Below are positions 37,392 through 50,699 of a stretch of 64,000 nucleotides of DNA, in pieces (position 1 is the first letter of the stretch; the number at the start of each line of letters is the position of its first letter). The stretch covers positions 125,309,741 to 125,373,740 of the forward strand of contig CM041465.1 in the NCBI GenBank assembly GCA_023213395.1, written 5' to 3'. The notes under the pieces were generated by a model, which saw only the letters and a list, made by a program, of their open reading frames with translations, was not told the origin of the DNA and made no database searches. The translations under genes were made by a program, and so were the position numbers. The DNA comes from Cycas panzhihuaensis. Its lineage: Eukaryota > Plantae > Cycadophyta.

Positions 37392-38234
37392 CTATCCCTT
37401 TCTATCTGTTGTGATTTTCTTGGTTGATGGGTTCATCCTAGGTGTCATATTCCCCTAGCTTCTCTGTGCCCGATGATTCTTGTTCTTCCATGGTTATCTC
37501 GGCTCTACGAAACTGAGGAGTCTCTCTAAAGGTTTTCATCCACCCTCTTATTTGTTATGCAAGACTCTTTATGTTGTTGTTCAATTTGTCTACTCTCTTG
37601 TTTGTCCCCTCAGTCTGATTTAGGGCCTAATTCACCATCTTTGGTGAGCCTTTTTTTCGATCTGGGTTCCGTCTTGGGGGAGGAGGGGGGATAATTTGAT
37701 TGTTGATTTTTGTTGCTTCCCTCTAAGTTCCCACTTCGAAACAAAGCTCCGATACCACTTATAGATTCACTTAAAACTGAATTATCTGCTGGAAAGGACT
37801 TTGAATACAAGTAATATGCAACAAAAATACAAAATATGATAATAATTGCAGAATAAATGAATGCGAAAGAGGGCTACCCAAATCACAAAATAAATAAGGG
37901 AATGAATGAGCAGAATATCACAAAAGGTAGGGTAATGAAATGTTAGCTAAGCACAGTGTTGGAGCCAAATTAATGCTCCCTCTTCAAGGCGAGGTAGCCT
38001 CCAATTACTACTGCCCAAGGGTTGAAGGACTACTGCATTGAAGGCCGAAAATGACTTGCCAAATCAATGCTAGGATGCTTCGGAATGAGGTCCTTGGGTC
38101 CCTTATATAGTTGGATTCTACCTCCAAATAGAAGTCGACCAAGACAGGGAGAAATACTAGCTTAAATATCACCTGTAAATCGACTAGAACAATGCTTCTA
38201 AGTCAGCCAAGACTAAATAATTTGGTTTACTACA
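37392..38234 (-). mobile_element. Chromovirus 5' end: LTR 37760-38234, PBS 37746-37757, leader and gag start
   Basis: TGTAG...CTATA, then TGGTATCGGAGC. Leader and KLNNNIKSLA are homologous to 6399-6620 (KLNQSIKALT). Confidence 0.8.
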
Positions 38235-40650
38235 CAAGTTATATTTATGACATTGATTATAGTGATTGGCTAAGCCCAGTGATTATAGTACCCAAAAAGA
38301 GTGGTAAAATTAGAGCTTGTGTGGATTATAGATAATTGAATAAGGTAACCAAGAAGGATTTGTTTCTGATTCCTTTTACGAAGGGTGTATCGAAGATGGT
38401 TGGAGGCAAAGATGTTTACTCCTTTGGATGGATTCAACAAGTATAACTAGGTTAGGATTGCTCTAGAGGGTCAACTAGAGACCACCTTTGTAACAAAATG
38501 GGGAACATATGCATATAGGATTATGCCCTTTGGGCTAACCAATGTGCCAGTCGCATTCCAACACATTGTGATTAATAGTTTTAAGAAAAATGATAGGAGA
38601 GAAGATAGTTGTATTCTTGGATGATCAAACTCTCTACGACATAATGAAAAATCATATGGAGAATTTGAGAGAGATATTAAAAACTTGCAAAGAAAACAAT
38701 CTCTGCTTAAATTTGAAGAAACGTGCTTTCTTGGTTACATTTGGGAACTTATTGGGCCACATCTTAAGTAAAGAATGGTTTCTGACAGATCCAGCCAAAG
38801 CATCCACAATTCTACATTTTTCAGTCCCACTTACATGAAAACAATTGAAACGATCTTTGGGACTAACTAGTTATTACAAAAGTTTATCAAGAGATAGACA
38901 TGCATATTGGGACCCCTGGAGGATTTGTTAAAAAAGGACATCAAATGGGAATTAGGGGAAGAATAGCAAGAAGCATCCAAGTCATTAAAAAGAGCAAAAG
39001 TATTAGCACCCATTCTTTAATTCCCTGATTGCAATAAAATCTTCCATACACATGTAGATGCATCGTAGTATGCCATTAGGTGTGTACTTGCCCAACCGAG
39101 GGAAACCAACATTGATGATCCTATCTACTTTGGCAACAAAAAGTTGACTAAGGCCGAACAAAGTTATAGGGCAATCAAGAGAGAAGGTATCTGAATGGTA
39201 CATGTGTTGCAAAAATTTTGATACTATCTTGCCAAGCACTTATGAATATTGCCAATAAGCCAATATTGAGAGGAAGAATTAGTAGCTGGCTTATGTTGTT
39301 TCAAGAGCTCACATTTAAAATAATGGTCAAACTTGGGAAAGCACATGTGATTCTTGACAATGGAAAGAGCCATAGTGATACCCAATAACTTCCCACGGAA
39401 TGATATGAGGGGTTTCCAAAACACCTAGGAGCAAGAGAACTACCCCCAAAATTGGACAAAATTGAAAGAAGACACTTGGTTCAAAAGGCAAAACCACATC
39501 AACTAATGCAAGGCAAGTTATATTACCTAGGGCCAAATGATGTGCTACAATGACATCTAAAGCCACACAAAATTGAACAAATAATAACCCAAGCCCATGA
39601 AGGTGTGGCAGGAGGACACATGGGCAAAAGAGCACCATGGATGAAAGTCTTGACAATAGGATTTTGGTGGCCTACCATGTTCAAGGATATCAAGAAATGG
39701 ATTAAGAAATGTAATTACTATCGAGAACTAAAAAGCCAAGTCGATAGGATTTTCAACCCCTCAACCTAATGCTACCTTTGGCACCATTCGAGAAGTGGGG
39801 CCTTAATTTAGTTGGGCCCATTAAACCAACAACTCGATGATCCTGAGCCCGCTACATCTTGGTGGCCACAAATTACATGACTAAATGGGTAACGGCGAGA
39901 TGACTAAGAAAAGTAAATGCAGACAACATAGTCAAATTCCTATACAAAATATTTATTACACGCTGTGGTTGCCCGTTGGAGATTGTAAGTGATCAAGGAT
40001 CGCATTTTCTAAACCATGTAATGGAGGAGTTGACGTTAAAATTTCTAATTAGTCATTGAAAATCAACACCCTATTACCCTAGAGCAAATAGGCAAGTAGA
40101 AACTTCAAATCAAATTATTGAGAATTGCCTTTAGAAAATCTATGATGTTGGTAGGTCCAATTAGGTAGAAGAGGTCCCATCAATATTATGGGATTTCTGC
40201 ATGACCTACAAACGAACAACTAGACAGACTCCATTCCAGTTGGTTTATGAGGTCAAGGCTATCATTCCAATCAAATTTGAGATCCTGAGTTTGTGAGCAG
40301 CCATGGCCTATTGACTTGAACATTTTGATTCATAACGGAAAAGATTATAGCAATCATTGCAACTATAAGAAAGAAGATATAAAGCAAAATGATCACAAAA
40401 TATTGAGAAGATGTGGCAGAACGCGTGGTATCACCACCATCTAAAAGCACTCCAATTCCAAGAATGTGACCAAGTATTGTTGTACGATAGCAAATTCCGT
40501 CTACATCCTAGGAAACTGAAGATATAGTGGCTTGGACCATACATCATTGACAAGATCTTCACCAATAATTCAGTACAATTGAGAGAGATAGAGAGGCTAC
40601 AATTGCCAACATTGGTCAACAGTAGTCAACTCAAAACCTATCACAACTAA
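38235..40650 (+). pseudogene. Non-chromovirus gypsy pol remnant (RT-RH-INT)
   Basis: IRACVDY, MPFGLTN, VFLDD, HVDAS, FEKWGLNL, GPY. Heavily disrupted. Confidence 0.9.
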
Positions 40651-41052
40651 GATGCAACAAGTCCACCAGAGGAATTAGCGAGTTGTACCATATAGTGTTG
40701 CTTGAAGTTGGAGACAATCAAGGTTGTCATGCTGCCAAAATATGATTCCAGCCTAGTACTTAACTAGAATTATCAAATCTTTTGGCACAGGGACATACGT
40801 CCCTATATAGATGGATACATCATGGATATATAGTGTGTATACAGATATATACATACATTGCATTTACTAACAAAGTGATAGGCCTTAGAGAAAAACAAAA
40901 TAATCAAAAAATGAAGAAAATTAACCATAACTCTAATCATACACCTAAGCAAAATCACAGTATGGCAAGTGGTGTTGGAAAAGAAAAAATCGAGGGAAGG
41001 GAATAATAATATATATGGAAAATAAGAATATGCAAAAAGAGATATTGCTAAA

Positions 41053-41078
41053 AGAGAGAGAGAGAGAGAGAGAGAGAG
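41053..41078. repeat. (AG)13 microsatellite
   Basis: Read directly. Confidence 0.95.
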
Positions 41079-41265
41079 CAATGAGAATATATTATTATGA
41101 AAAAAGGGGAGAATTTTAAGTATATGTTCCTCAAAAATACATTATGTGTTCCAAAATGGAACAGTATCGAAAATGCACCTAACAAGAAGACACAAAGTGT
41201 AATTTTACACTATGTGTTCTTGTGTGTGTTTCGGTGAGAATGCACAACAAAACGCAGGTAGATAA

Positions 41266-44200
41266 TGTTGAGATGTAATGTTCTATCTAGGAGCAAAAAG
41301 GGGTCATGTAGGGGCACCCTTAAATGTAACTTAAGTCTAAGGTAATGACACTTGGCTGTCAGGTATGGATCGGTTACAATTCAGTTTGTAACAGTCATCT
41401 TTGAAGATGTATATTTAAAGGAGACTAGATCTCCATGGAATACAAGTCTTTTCTTTGTTTCATCTATGTTGAGATTACTAACATGGTATCAGAGCACGTT
41501 ATCCTGCTTGTTTGAGAGAGGGTTTGGTGTTTGATAAAGGTAGTCCTAGTGCAAGACAGACAGAGAAGCCAGCAAACGCAGAAGCCAATAAAGGCCAAAC
41601 TGAGAGTCAAGATTGCTAGAAGGACAGATCTGGAGACAAATTAAAGGCATTATACGACCTGTGTATGGAACGTACAGTTGTACGGATAGAAAAATCAAGT
41701 ATCTCAGATTGAGACAAAATTTCACCAGCAAGTAGATCTCGACCTCCCCGTCACTTTTCTCTTTAGGGTCGAAGTCATCCGAGCAAGTTTGAAGGCAGTT
41801 TTGGCTACATTACCAGTCTGCACGGGTTTTGAGGTATTTTCACAGATTTCTCTCATATTTCCGTAGATTTTTGGATCAAATCTGTCATAAGTTCTGCATA
41901 TTAGTATTAAGAAGACTTTGTGACCGATATTGAGGAATTTGGCGGAGTTTTCTTAAAGATAAAAGCAAAATCGTGTTTTGCCCTAGTCGCGCCTCCTCGT
42001 CTTTTGAGCTTGTTTTCTCATAGTCTGAAAGTTGTTTTGCAAAACTAATACCAGATTCAAGATCCTCTCTTCGCCCTCTTTCTTTTGAGGTGCATTTTGT
42101 TCAAATCTGTACAGCTTCATTTTTGTACGAAAATCCATACAAGTGTACGGCCCAAACTCTGTTATCTCAGATTTTCTCAGGTTCAATGGCCTCTACACTC
42201 ATATCCTTGCCAAAACAAGAAAAGTTAATTGATTCTAATTACCATGTCTGGAAGATTAAGGTAGAAACCATTTTGAGAGTTAAAAATGCTTGGAACATTG
42301 CAAATGGAACTGAAATTCATCCAAATGACTTAGATCCAAAGCTGGCAAACTGGGAGGAAAGAGATAATATAGGAATGCTCACCCTGAAAATGTCAATTTC
42401 TAACTCAATCTTGGTATATGTTGAAAAACTAAATTCATCTTCCGCTATTTGGAAATGTCTTGAGAATTTGTATGGGCAAAAGAACAAAGCTAGGATAATT
42501 GCCCTTAAAGAAGAATTACATAGATTGCACATGAAAGAACGTGAGACTGTAACAGAGTTCATACACAAGGTTATTTCAATTCGAAATAATCTGTTGAGTG
42601 TAGAAGGTTTGATCTCAGAACAAGAATTGGTGGAATTGGTAGCAACCAAGTTGCCAAAATCTTTCGACATAACCATTAACACTATCACAAATAGTGATCA
42701 GATTGACAAAATGACTCTTGATGAATTAACAGGGCTGTTGTTGAGACAAGAATAGAGAAACAAGAGGTATAAGGATTCTTCAGAACTGGAGGATGCATTT
42801 GCGTCAAGATTGAATCTAAGCCCACGTGGGAGAAACCAAACTTGTGGACAAGGCTCAACACCAGACTTTAGAGGGCGTGGACATTGGCAAGAATCCAGAG
42901 GACGTGGACGAAGTAGAGATACTAGAATCTGTTTTAATTGTGGAAAAACCGAGCACATCTCCAGCAATTGTAGAATTTTTGACATGTGCTACCACTGCGG
43001 GCAGACCGGGCATTATCCATATCAATGCCCACAACAAACAAGTGAGATCCAAAAAGGGAAACGACCTGTCAGAGGATATAGCAAGGAAAAAACAGAAGAA
43101 GAGGAAGAAGAGACTGCATTCATTGTTGTCTTGGCTACCAGTTTGAAAGATGGCGACACATGGTATGTTGATTCAGGAGCCTCGCGACATATGACCAATC
43201 GAGAAGATTGGTTTGAGACTCTAAAGTCCTACGACTTCGACAAATCGGTTGAACTAGGAGATAAATACCCACTTGATATAAAAGGGGTTGGAATCATTGC
43301 CATCAATCTGCAAGGGAATATAAAGAAAATTGGAAATGTTTTGCTAGTCCCTGGACTAAAAATGAATCTTCTTTCTGTTTCACAACTTAGTAAAAAGGGA
43401 CTAAGAACAATTTTTGATGAAGAAGGATATTGTCACATTCTAGACATGAAGAATAATGGAGAAATCATTGCAAAAGGCATAAGATGTAATGATCTGTACA
43501 AACTCTTGTCAGATCCTGTACTTCCTAATGTGAAAGAAAAAGCTTGTACTGTTGTCAAAACTAGTAATAAAATTTGGCATTTGAAGTATGGACATCTTCC
43601 AATTGAGACACTAAAATCAATGGAAAAATCTGGAATGGTAAATGGGCTGCCTCTCGAATGGTAAATGGGCTGCCTCATATCTCTTCTGATAACTTTGTCT
43701 GCAAAGAATACCAACTTGGCAAACAACACCGACATCCATTTAAAGAAAGCACTTGGAGAGCGCAATCAAAGTTAGAATTAATTCATACAGACCTTTGTGG
43801 TCCCATCACACCACTTTCAATCAATGGTTGCAGGTATTTCCTAACCTTTATTGATGATTTTACTCGAAAAGTGTGCGTTTACTTTCTCCATAACAAATCA
43901 AAAGTTTTTGAAGTATTCAAAGAATTTAAAGCATAAGCAGAAATGGAGTCAGGAACAAAAATTAAATGCATCAGATCAGATGGAGGGGGTGAATACATGT
44001 CAAAGGAATTCTTAAACTATTACAAGTTCCAGGGAATTCGTAGACAGGTCACAACTCCTTACACACCACAGTCGAACAGAGTTGCAAAAAGAAAAAACAG
44101 GACTTTAATGGAGATGGCAAGAAGTATGGTTTACGAAAAGAATGTGCCAAAATCCTATTGCGCAGAGGCAATAAGTACCGCCTGCTACCTGATAAACTGA

Positions 44201-46531
44201 AGTCCAACAAAAGCTTTGAAGGACATCACCCAAGAAGAAGCCTGGACAGGTAGAAAACCTGATGTGAGTTCACTTAAAGTTTTTGGTAGCCAAGCTTTTG
44301 TTCACATACCTGATAAAAGAAGGTCTAAAATGGATGCAAAAAGCATAGAATGTATTATGATAGGCTATAGCAAAAACTCCAAGGCCTACAAATGCGTAGA
44401 TCCTAAGTCCAATAAAATCTATGTAAGTAGAGATGTGGTTTTCAATGAAGGAGACAGTTCAAATGAAACTGCACAAGTTAGAATAATTGAAGAAAATGAG
44501 AAAGAGACAGAACAAGAAGTTGTGTCCGAAATCACTTCAGAAGAAGTACCCTCTGCAGGATCATCCCCTTCCTCTTCATTAGTCTAAAATAAAATGACAA
44601 ATGAAGTAGAATCAGTCATAGAACAACCAATGGAAGAGACAGACATTGAAGAAGGCACACAAAAACAAAAGAAGTTACCTAGGTGGTTCATCAAAACAAT
44701 TGAGGAAGGACAAGGCAATGTGCTTGAACACAAAACAAGAAGTCGAAAGTCGAAGGCCCTGTTACGCAAAGTCGAACCTCAGCCTTTTCAAGAAGCCAAA
44801 GATCAATATGTGTGGAAGACAGCCATGGGCAATGAAATGGATTCAATTAAGAAGAATCAGACGTGGGAATTGGTAGAATTACCTGTCAACGAATCTGTTG
44901 TTAGCTGCAAATGGGTCTATAAAGTCCAAGAAGGAACCAATGGCAAAGTAGAGAAATACAAAGCACGATTGGTCACAAAGGGATACACTCAAACAACCGG
45001 AGTAGACTTTGAGGAAACCTTCTCCTCTGTGGCCAAGATGAATACTGTAAGGACAGTAATTGCACTAGTTGTTGCACAAAGTAAAAAAATCTCTCAACTA
45101 GATGTGAAAAGTGCCTTTTTAAATGGAAAATTGGAAGAAGAAGTTTACATGAAACAACTCGATGGATATGTCAAAGAAGGACAAGAGCATCTAGTATGCA
45201 AACTAAAAAAGGCATTGTATGGATTAAAGCAAGCTCCTCGAGCCTGGTACGCAAAATTAGATCATTGCCTATGCAAGAACAGCTTTAAACGATGTGATTC
45301 GAACCCCAACTTGTACATAAGGAAAAAGGATAACAAAATCACAACAATTGTTGTTGACGTCGATGATATGCTTCTTACCGGGAGTGATGAAGAAGCCGCT
45401 AAAGACATAAAAGAACAACTCAAGCAAGAATTTGAAATGACAAACTTGGGTCTCTTAAATTACTACCTGGGATTAGAAATAGATCAACAACAAGGTTATG
45501 TAACTCTGTCCTAGAGCAAATACATCAGAGATCTATTGACAAGGTTTCAGATGGAAAATTGCAATTCATGTCCCACACCCATGGAAACAAATTGTGAATT
45601 AATGGCAGATGATACGGAAGAGGCAGCAGACATCACCTTATACAGACAAATGATCGGAAGTCTGATCTATCTAACAACTACCAAGCCTGATATATCTCAC
45701 TCAATGGGATTAGTATCCAGATATATCCAGAATCCTAAAGTAAGGCACTGGAAGGCCGCAAAGAGAATTTTAAGATACCTAAAGGAAACAACAAACCTAA
45801 AACTGGTGTATCCCAAAAGAGGATCAACTAAATTGTCACGCTTTTGCGATTCTGACTGGGCTGGAGACAAGGAACAAAGGAAATCAACTAGTGGATACTA
45901 TTTCTTTCTAGGTTCCTCAGTAATCTCATGGTGCAACAAAAAACAAGCTACTGTTGCATTGTCTTCCACCGAGGCAGAATACGAAGCAGCCGCAACAGCA
46001 ACATGTGAAGCTATCTGGTTGAAACAACTCCTGACCGATCTAATACAACAACAGAATGAGGCAACTCCTCTAAAGTGTGATAATCAGAGCACCATCAAGC
46101 TGACCAAAAACCCAGTTCTTCATGCAAGAACCAAGCACATAGAAGTCCATCATCATTTCATAAGGGAAAAAGTCCACAACAGGGAGATTGACCTAGAATA
46201 CTATCCATCTTCTGAACAAGTTGCAGACCTTCTGACAAAATCCGTTGGAAAGGAGAGACTTTAATATCTAAGAAACAAATTAGGCTTGTTAGAGATAAAA
46301 CATTAAGAGAGGGTGTTGACATGTAATGTTCTATCTAGGAGCAAAAAGGGGTCATGTGGGGACACCCTTAAATGTAACTTAAGTCTAAGGTAATGACACT
46401 TGGTTGTCAAGTATGGATCGATTACAATTCAGTTTGTAACAATCATCTTTGAAGATGTATATTTAAAGGAGACTAGATCTCCATGGAATACAAGTCTTTT
46501 CTTTGCTTCATCTATGTTGAGATTACTAACA
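41266..46531 (+). mobile_element. Structurally complete Ty1/copia element
   Basis: 218 bp LTRs 41266-41483 and 46314-46531 (8 differences by manual count), TSD GATAA, PBS 41484-41495, PPT AAGAGAGGG 46305-46313. Confidence 0.98.
42186..46300 (+). pseudogene. Copia gag-PR-INT-RT-RH polyprotein pseudogene
   Basis: NYHVWKIKVE; two knuckles CFNCGKTEHISSNC and CYHCGQTGHYPYQC; WYVDSGASRHM; IHTDLCGP; IRSDGGGEY; LDVKSAFLNG; DVDDML; FCDSDWAG. Several stops and a 23-bp tandem duplication (43633-43676) that shifts the frame. Confidence 0.96.
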
Positions 46532-46835
46532 GATAAATTCACCAAGTCAACTCATTTTGTCTCATTTTCAACAAAAATGAGTTCTAGAGTGATAGAAGAC
46601 CCTTGGCAGCAAGCATTCCAAGAAGATTAGTGGCTAATCAAGCATCACATTCTCAATACATTCCGCGATCGAATGCACGGAATGTATCTCATGTTTTCTC
46701 CACATAAATACCCTAGTTTTGGTATTTTCTCCTGCTAGTGTTAGGCATTGCTTGCTATTTATCCATTCCATCCAAAAATGAAGGTTGCAAGTGTGATTTA
46801 TAGGATCGAAAATTGGAACCAATAAACACTCACAA

Positions 46836-49800
46836 CATTAGAAGACACATGGATAAAAACTAGGTAGAAAACATCTACCTACAAGTTGATTCCTCATTCA
46901 TTAAGAATGATCTCCAATCCATTGTTCACAAGCATATACTACACCCCTAATATACACACATGATTAGTAACGATCCAAACAAAGAATCTGTAACTACTAT
47001 GACACTTGTCACAAGTCCATTAGGACTTTAGTAGCTCCTATGACTCACCTATCCAAGTTTGTCCATATAGGAACATTAATCTAACACTCCCTCTTAATGT
47101 TCATATCATTGGTTTGAACATCAATACAAAATCTAAATTTATCAAACTTATCCTTGGATAGAGATTTGGTGAAAATATCAATTATCTGCTCCACTATTGG
47201 TCTGTATAAAAACTTGACCTCTCCATTTTGGATTTGTTCCCTAAAGAAATGATGATGCATCTCGATATGTTTGGTGCATGCAGGGAATACTAGATTCTTG
47301 GCAATCTTCAAGGTACTTTGATTGTCAAAGTACAATGTAGTTGCCTTCTCCTAATGAAGTCCCAAATCACCAAGCACCTGCCTCAACTAGATGGCCTCAC
47401 AAGTAGCTACAACAACAACAATATATTCTGCCTCAATAGATGATAAAGCAACATTACATTATTTCTTACTTCTCCAAGTGACAACAGTAAAACCCATACT
47501 GAAGCAATTACCTAAAGTGGACCTTCTGCTATCTTGACAGCCATCCCAATCAAAATCTGAATATCTAGCTAACCTGAAATTGTCATTCTAGCTAAACTTT
47601 AATCCAAACTGCAATGTCCCCTAAAAATATCTTAGGATCTTCTTTGCAACTTTCCAGTGGCTCTGCTTTGGTTCAACCATGAACCTCGACACCATACCAA
47701 CTGCGAAAGAGATATCAGGTCTAGTAGTTGTCAAGTAAATTAAACTACCAACTAGTTCTCTAAACATCATGCCATCAACTCACTCATCATCATCATCTAG
47801 AATTGTTAACTTTAAACCGCTTCCATGGGGGTATGAACAGGTTTACAATCCTCCATTCTAAATTTCTTCAAAATTTTCCATGCTTTCCAGGATTTTGCCA
47901 TACTTCCACTCCCAAAAAATAGTGGAGCAATCTAAGATCTATCATTTCAAATGTCTCCCTGAGATCATTCTTTAGGCTTTCAACATTTGAGGTGTTATTC
48001 CCTATGATCACCAAATCATCTACATACAGTACCACAAATATGACTGAATTTCCTTGAACTTTAATGTATAGGTTTGGATCTGCAAGTGATCTCTCAATCT
48101 CAAACCCATTGTTCAAGAAATATCGATCGATTTTGGAATACCATGTTCTTGGAACCTGTTTAAGACCATATAAGGCTTTGTTCGAGCGACATACTAAGTG
48201 CTCTTTGCCTTTGGCAACATATCTAGGTGGCTACCCCATACAAACCTCTTCTACAAAATCTCTGTTAAGGAAGGCATTTTTGCTAATATTAGTCTAATTG
48301 TCACCATGTTTGCTACTAGAGCAAATGTCTCCTAGTAATCAATACCTTCTATCTGCTTGAATCCTTTGGCTACCACGCTAGCCTTATGTTTGTCAATTGT
48401 GCCATTTGGTCTGAATTTGGTCTTGTAGATGCATTTATAACCAATTCCCTACTTACCTATTAGTAAATCAAGCGAATCCCAAGTGTTGTTCTACTCAACG
48501 ACACAGATTTCAACATCCGTAGCTATCTTCCAGTTTTGCTACCAGTTGGCCTCTTCAAAACTTGAAGGTTCATCAACATCTAATACATCAGCCATCAAGG
48601 AAAATTTGACCATATCTGGTCTCATCTTTGACTTTCATTTGACTTTTGTCTCCGGTAACTGAGCTTCATCCATGGTTTTCAAATACTATTTGGGAAATTA
48701 TTTAACAGGTGGAGCAACCTCAGATTCTGAATGTGTTTCATGAGCATCTTCTTCCTCCTTTCTTGGATAGGTTTTAGGCTCGACAATCTATTGTCTCAAA
48801 GAACTTGTTTTAGGTTGTTCCTCAATTTGTTTTCTTTTGTCTTGCCATATCTTTAAAGTGTCCAATTCCTAAATCTGATATGAAGCTTGTTCCTCTTCGA
48901 ATATAACATACCAAGTAGCATGCACCCTTTCAGATGTTAATTCATATACCTTGTATGCTTTACTTTCTTCGCCATAGCCAACAAGAATGCACTTGGAACT
49001 TTTATCATCAAATTTTTTACATCACTCTTTAGGAACATGCACCTATGCAATGCTTCCAAAGATTCTGAGATGACCAACTGTAGGATTATGTCCTATCCAT
49101 GCTTCTTCAAGTATTTTATCCCTTACAACTTTGGTTATACTCTTGTTTATTAAGTAAGCTATTGTACATATTGCTTCTATCCAAAATATCTCTGAAAGGC
49201 TATTGCCTTTCATCATTCACTTAGCCTTATCAACCAACGTTCTATTCATCCTCTCAACTACTCCATTCTGTTAAGGAGTATATGCAATCGTCAACTATTT
49301 TTTTATGCCATGATTCTTGCAAAATTGGACAAACACTTTGGAAGTGTGCTCTCCCACATTATCTGATCTCAGTATCTTGATTCTTTGTCCACTTTTGCTT
49401 TAAACTCCTTAAACATATCAAATGCCTGAGACTTTTCTTTCAACGGATAAACCCAAACTTTCCATGAAAAGCCATCAATGAATGTCAAAAAATAACTTGC
49501 TCCTCCAAGTGAAGTGGTTGGCATAGGACCACAGATATCAAAGTGGATCAGGCTCAATTTTTAGTTGCTCTCCAAGCCTTTCCTTTAGGAAATGTTTCCC
49601 TATGTTGCTTTCCAAATATACAGGTTTCACAAATACCCTTTTCTACCTTGAATTTTGGAAGACCGTGCACCATATTCAATTTATTCATTAACAGAAGGCC
49701 AAGAAAGTGTAGATGTCCCAATCTTTCATGCCATAGTTGAATCTTATTAGTCATATCAGCAGTCAAATTAGCCCTTTGGTTTACAAACTTACCAAAGAGC

Positions 49801-50170
49801 CTATAAATATAGTTATCCCTTACACATTCCGCGATCATCTTTCCTTCTAAATCATTGATGATAGCTTTCCCATCTTTAAAGAGAACACTCATCTCATTGC
49901 CCTTTATTTGACTAACAAAGATCGTATTCTTTTTCAAACCTGGCACATATAATACATTCTCCATATAGTAATCATTACAATCATGAGTAATTACTAGGAC
50001 TTCTCCTATACCTTTAACAGTGAGTACATTTTTATCACTTAAAACAACTGTATGGCCAATGGCTTTCCACATATGCCTGAACCATTCCAGTCTACCTGTC
50101 ATATGTCTCAAGACACCTGAGTCAATGCACCATACATCACTAGGTCTTTTTTCACGCTGTTGACCAATAT
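46836..50170 (-). mobile_element. 5'-truncated Ty1/copia remnant (PR-INT-RT-RH, PPT, 3' LTR)
   Basis: WCIDSGVLRHMTG, IHFDICGP, LYVDDL, KHIEMHHHF. PPT 47087-47096, LTR starting TGTTAG at 47086 on minus. Left end approximate. Confidence 0.88.
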
Positions 50171-50699
50171 GTAAAGATAGGAAGTTTGAGGCAATGGACT
50201 AGAGCCAAAAAACAAGCATCTTCCACCCATATTTAATGTTGAATATAACAAGATAGCTAAAAACACAAAAGAACAATGGGTGTTAAATAGCCCTTAGATA
50301 GCATACACTCATCATTATTAATAAGTCTTGATTGTAGGCATTTAGTAACTTCACAGAGTCTCAGAAGGCCATACTAAAATGTCAAACACCACACAAGGAG
50401 ATGGAATTTGTCCATATGACCAAGCTCAATGTAAAGATCATAAAAAATTACAATATCAAAGTGTTCTTTGTTTTGTCTAAGGACTCCACTATAATTCAAA
50501 AAAATGACTTAGCCCCTTTATGCCTTATGTGACCTTGGGCTAACATACTAGGGGCTAATGGAACTCAAAATAAAATTAAAAAAGATTTAATGTAAACAAA
50601 CTTTACAAATACAAAAAAAATAATAATAATAATCCTATGGTCATTTGGCGGTGGATTTCAATTGCATATGGCGCTTGATGACGAATTTGTGTGCTTAAT

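Noticed and set aside
37392-38234. LTR as the 5' LTR of the non-chromovirus copy at 26210-32455, which would imply LTR sharing across gypsy lineages
   Set aside because: Its leader and gag start match the chromovirus at 6399-6620. The copia between them has lost most of its left LTR and its TSD, so a deletion juxtaposed unrelated elements.
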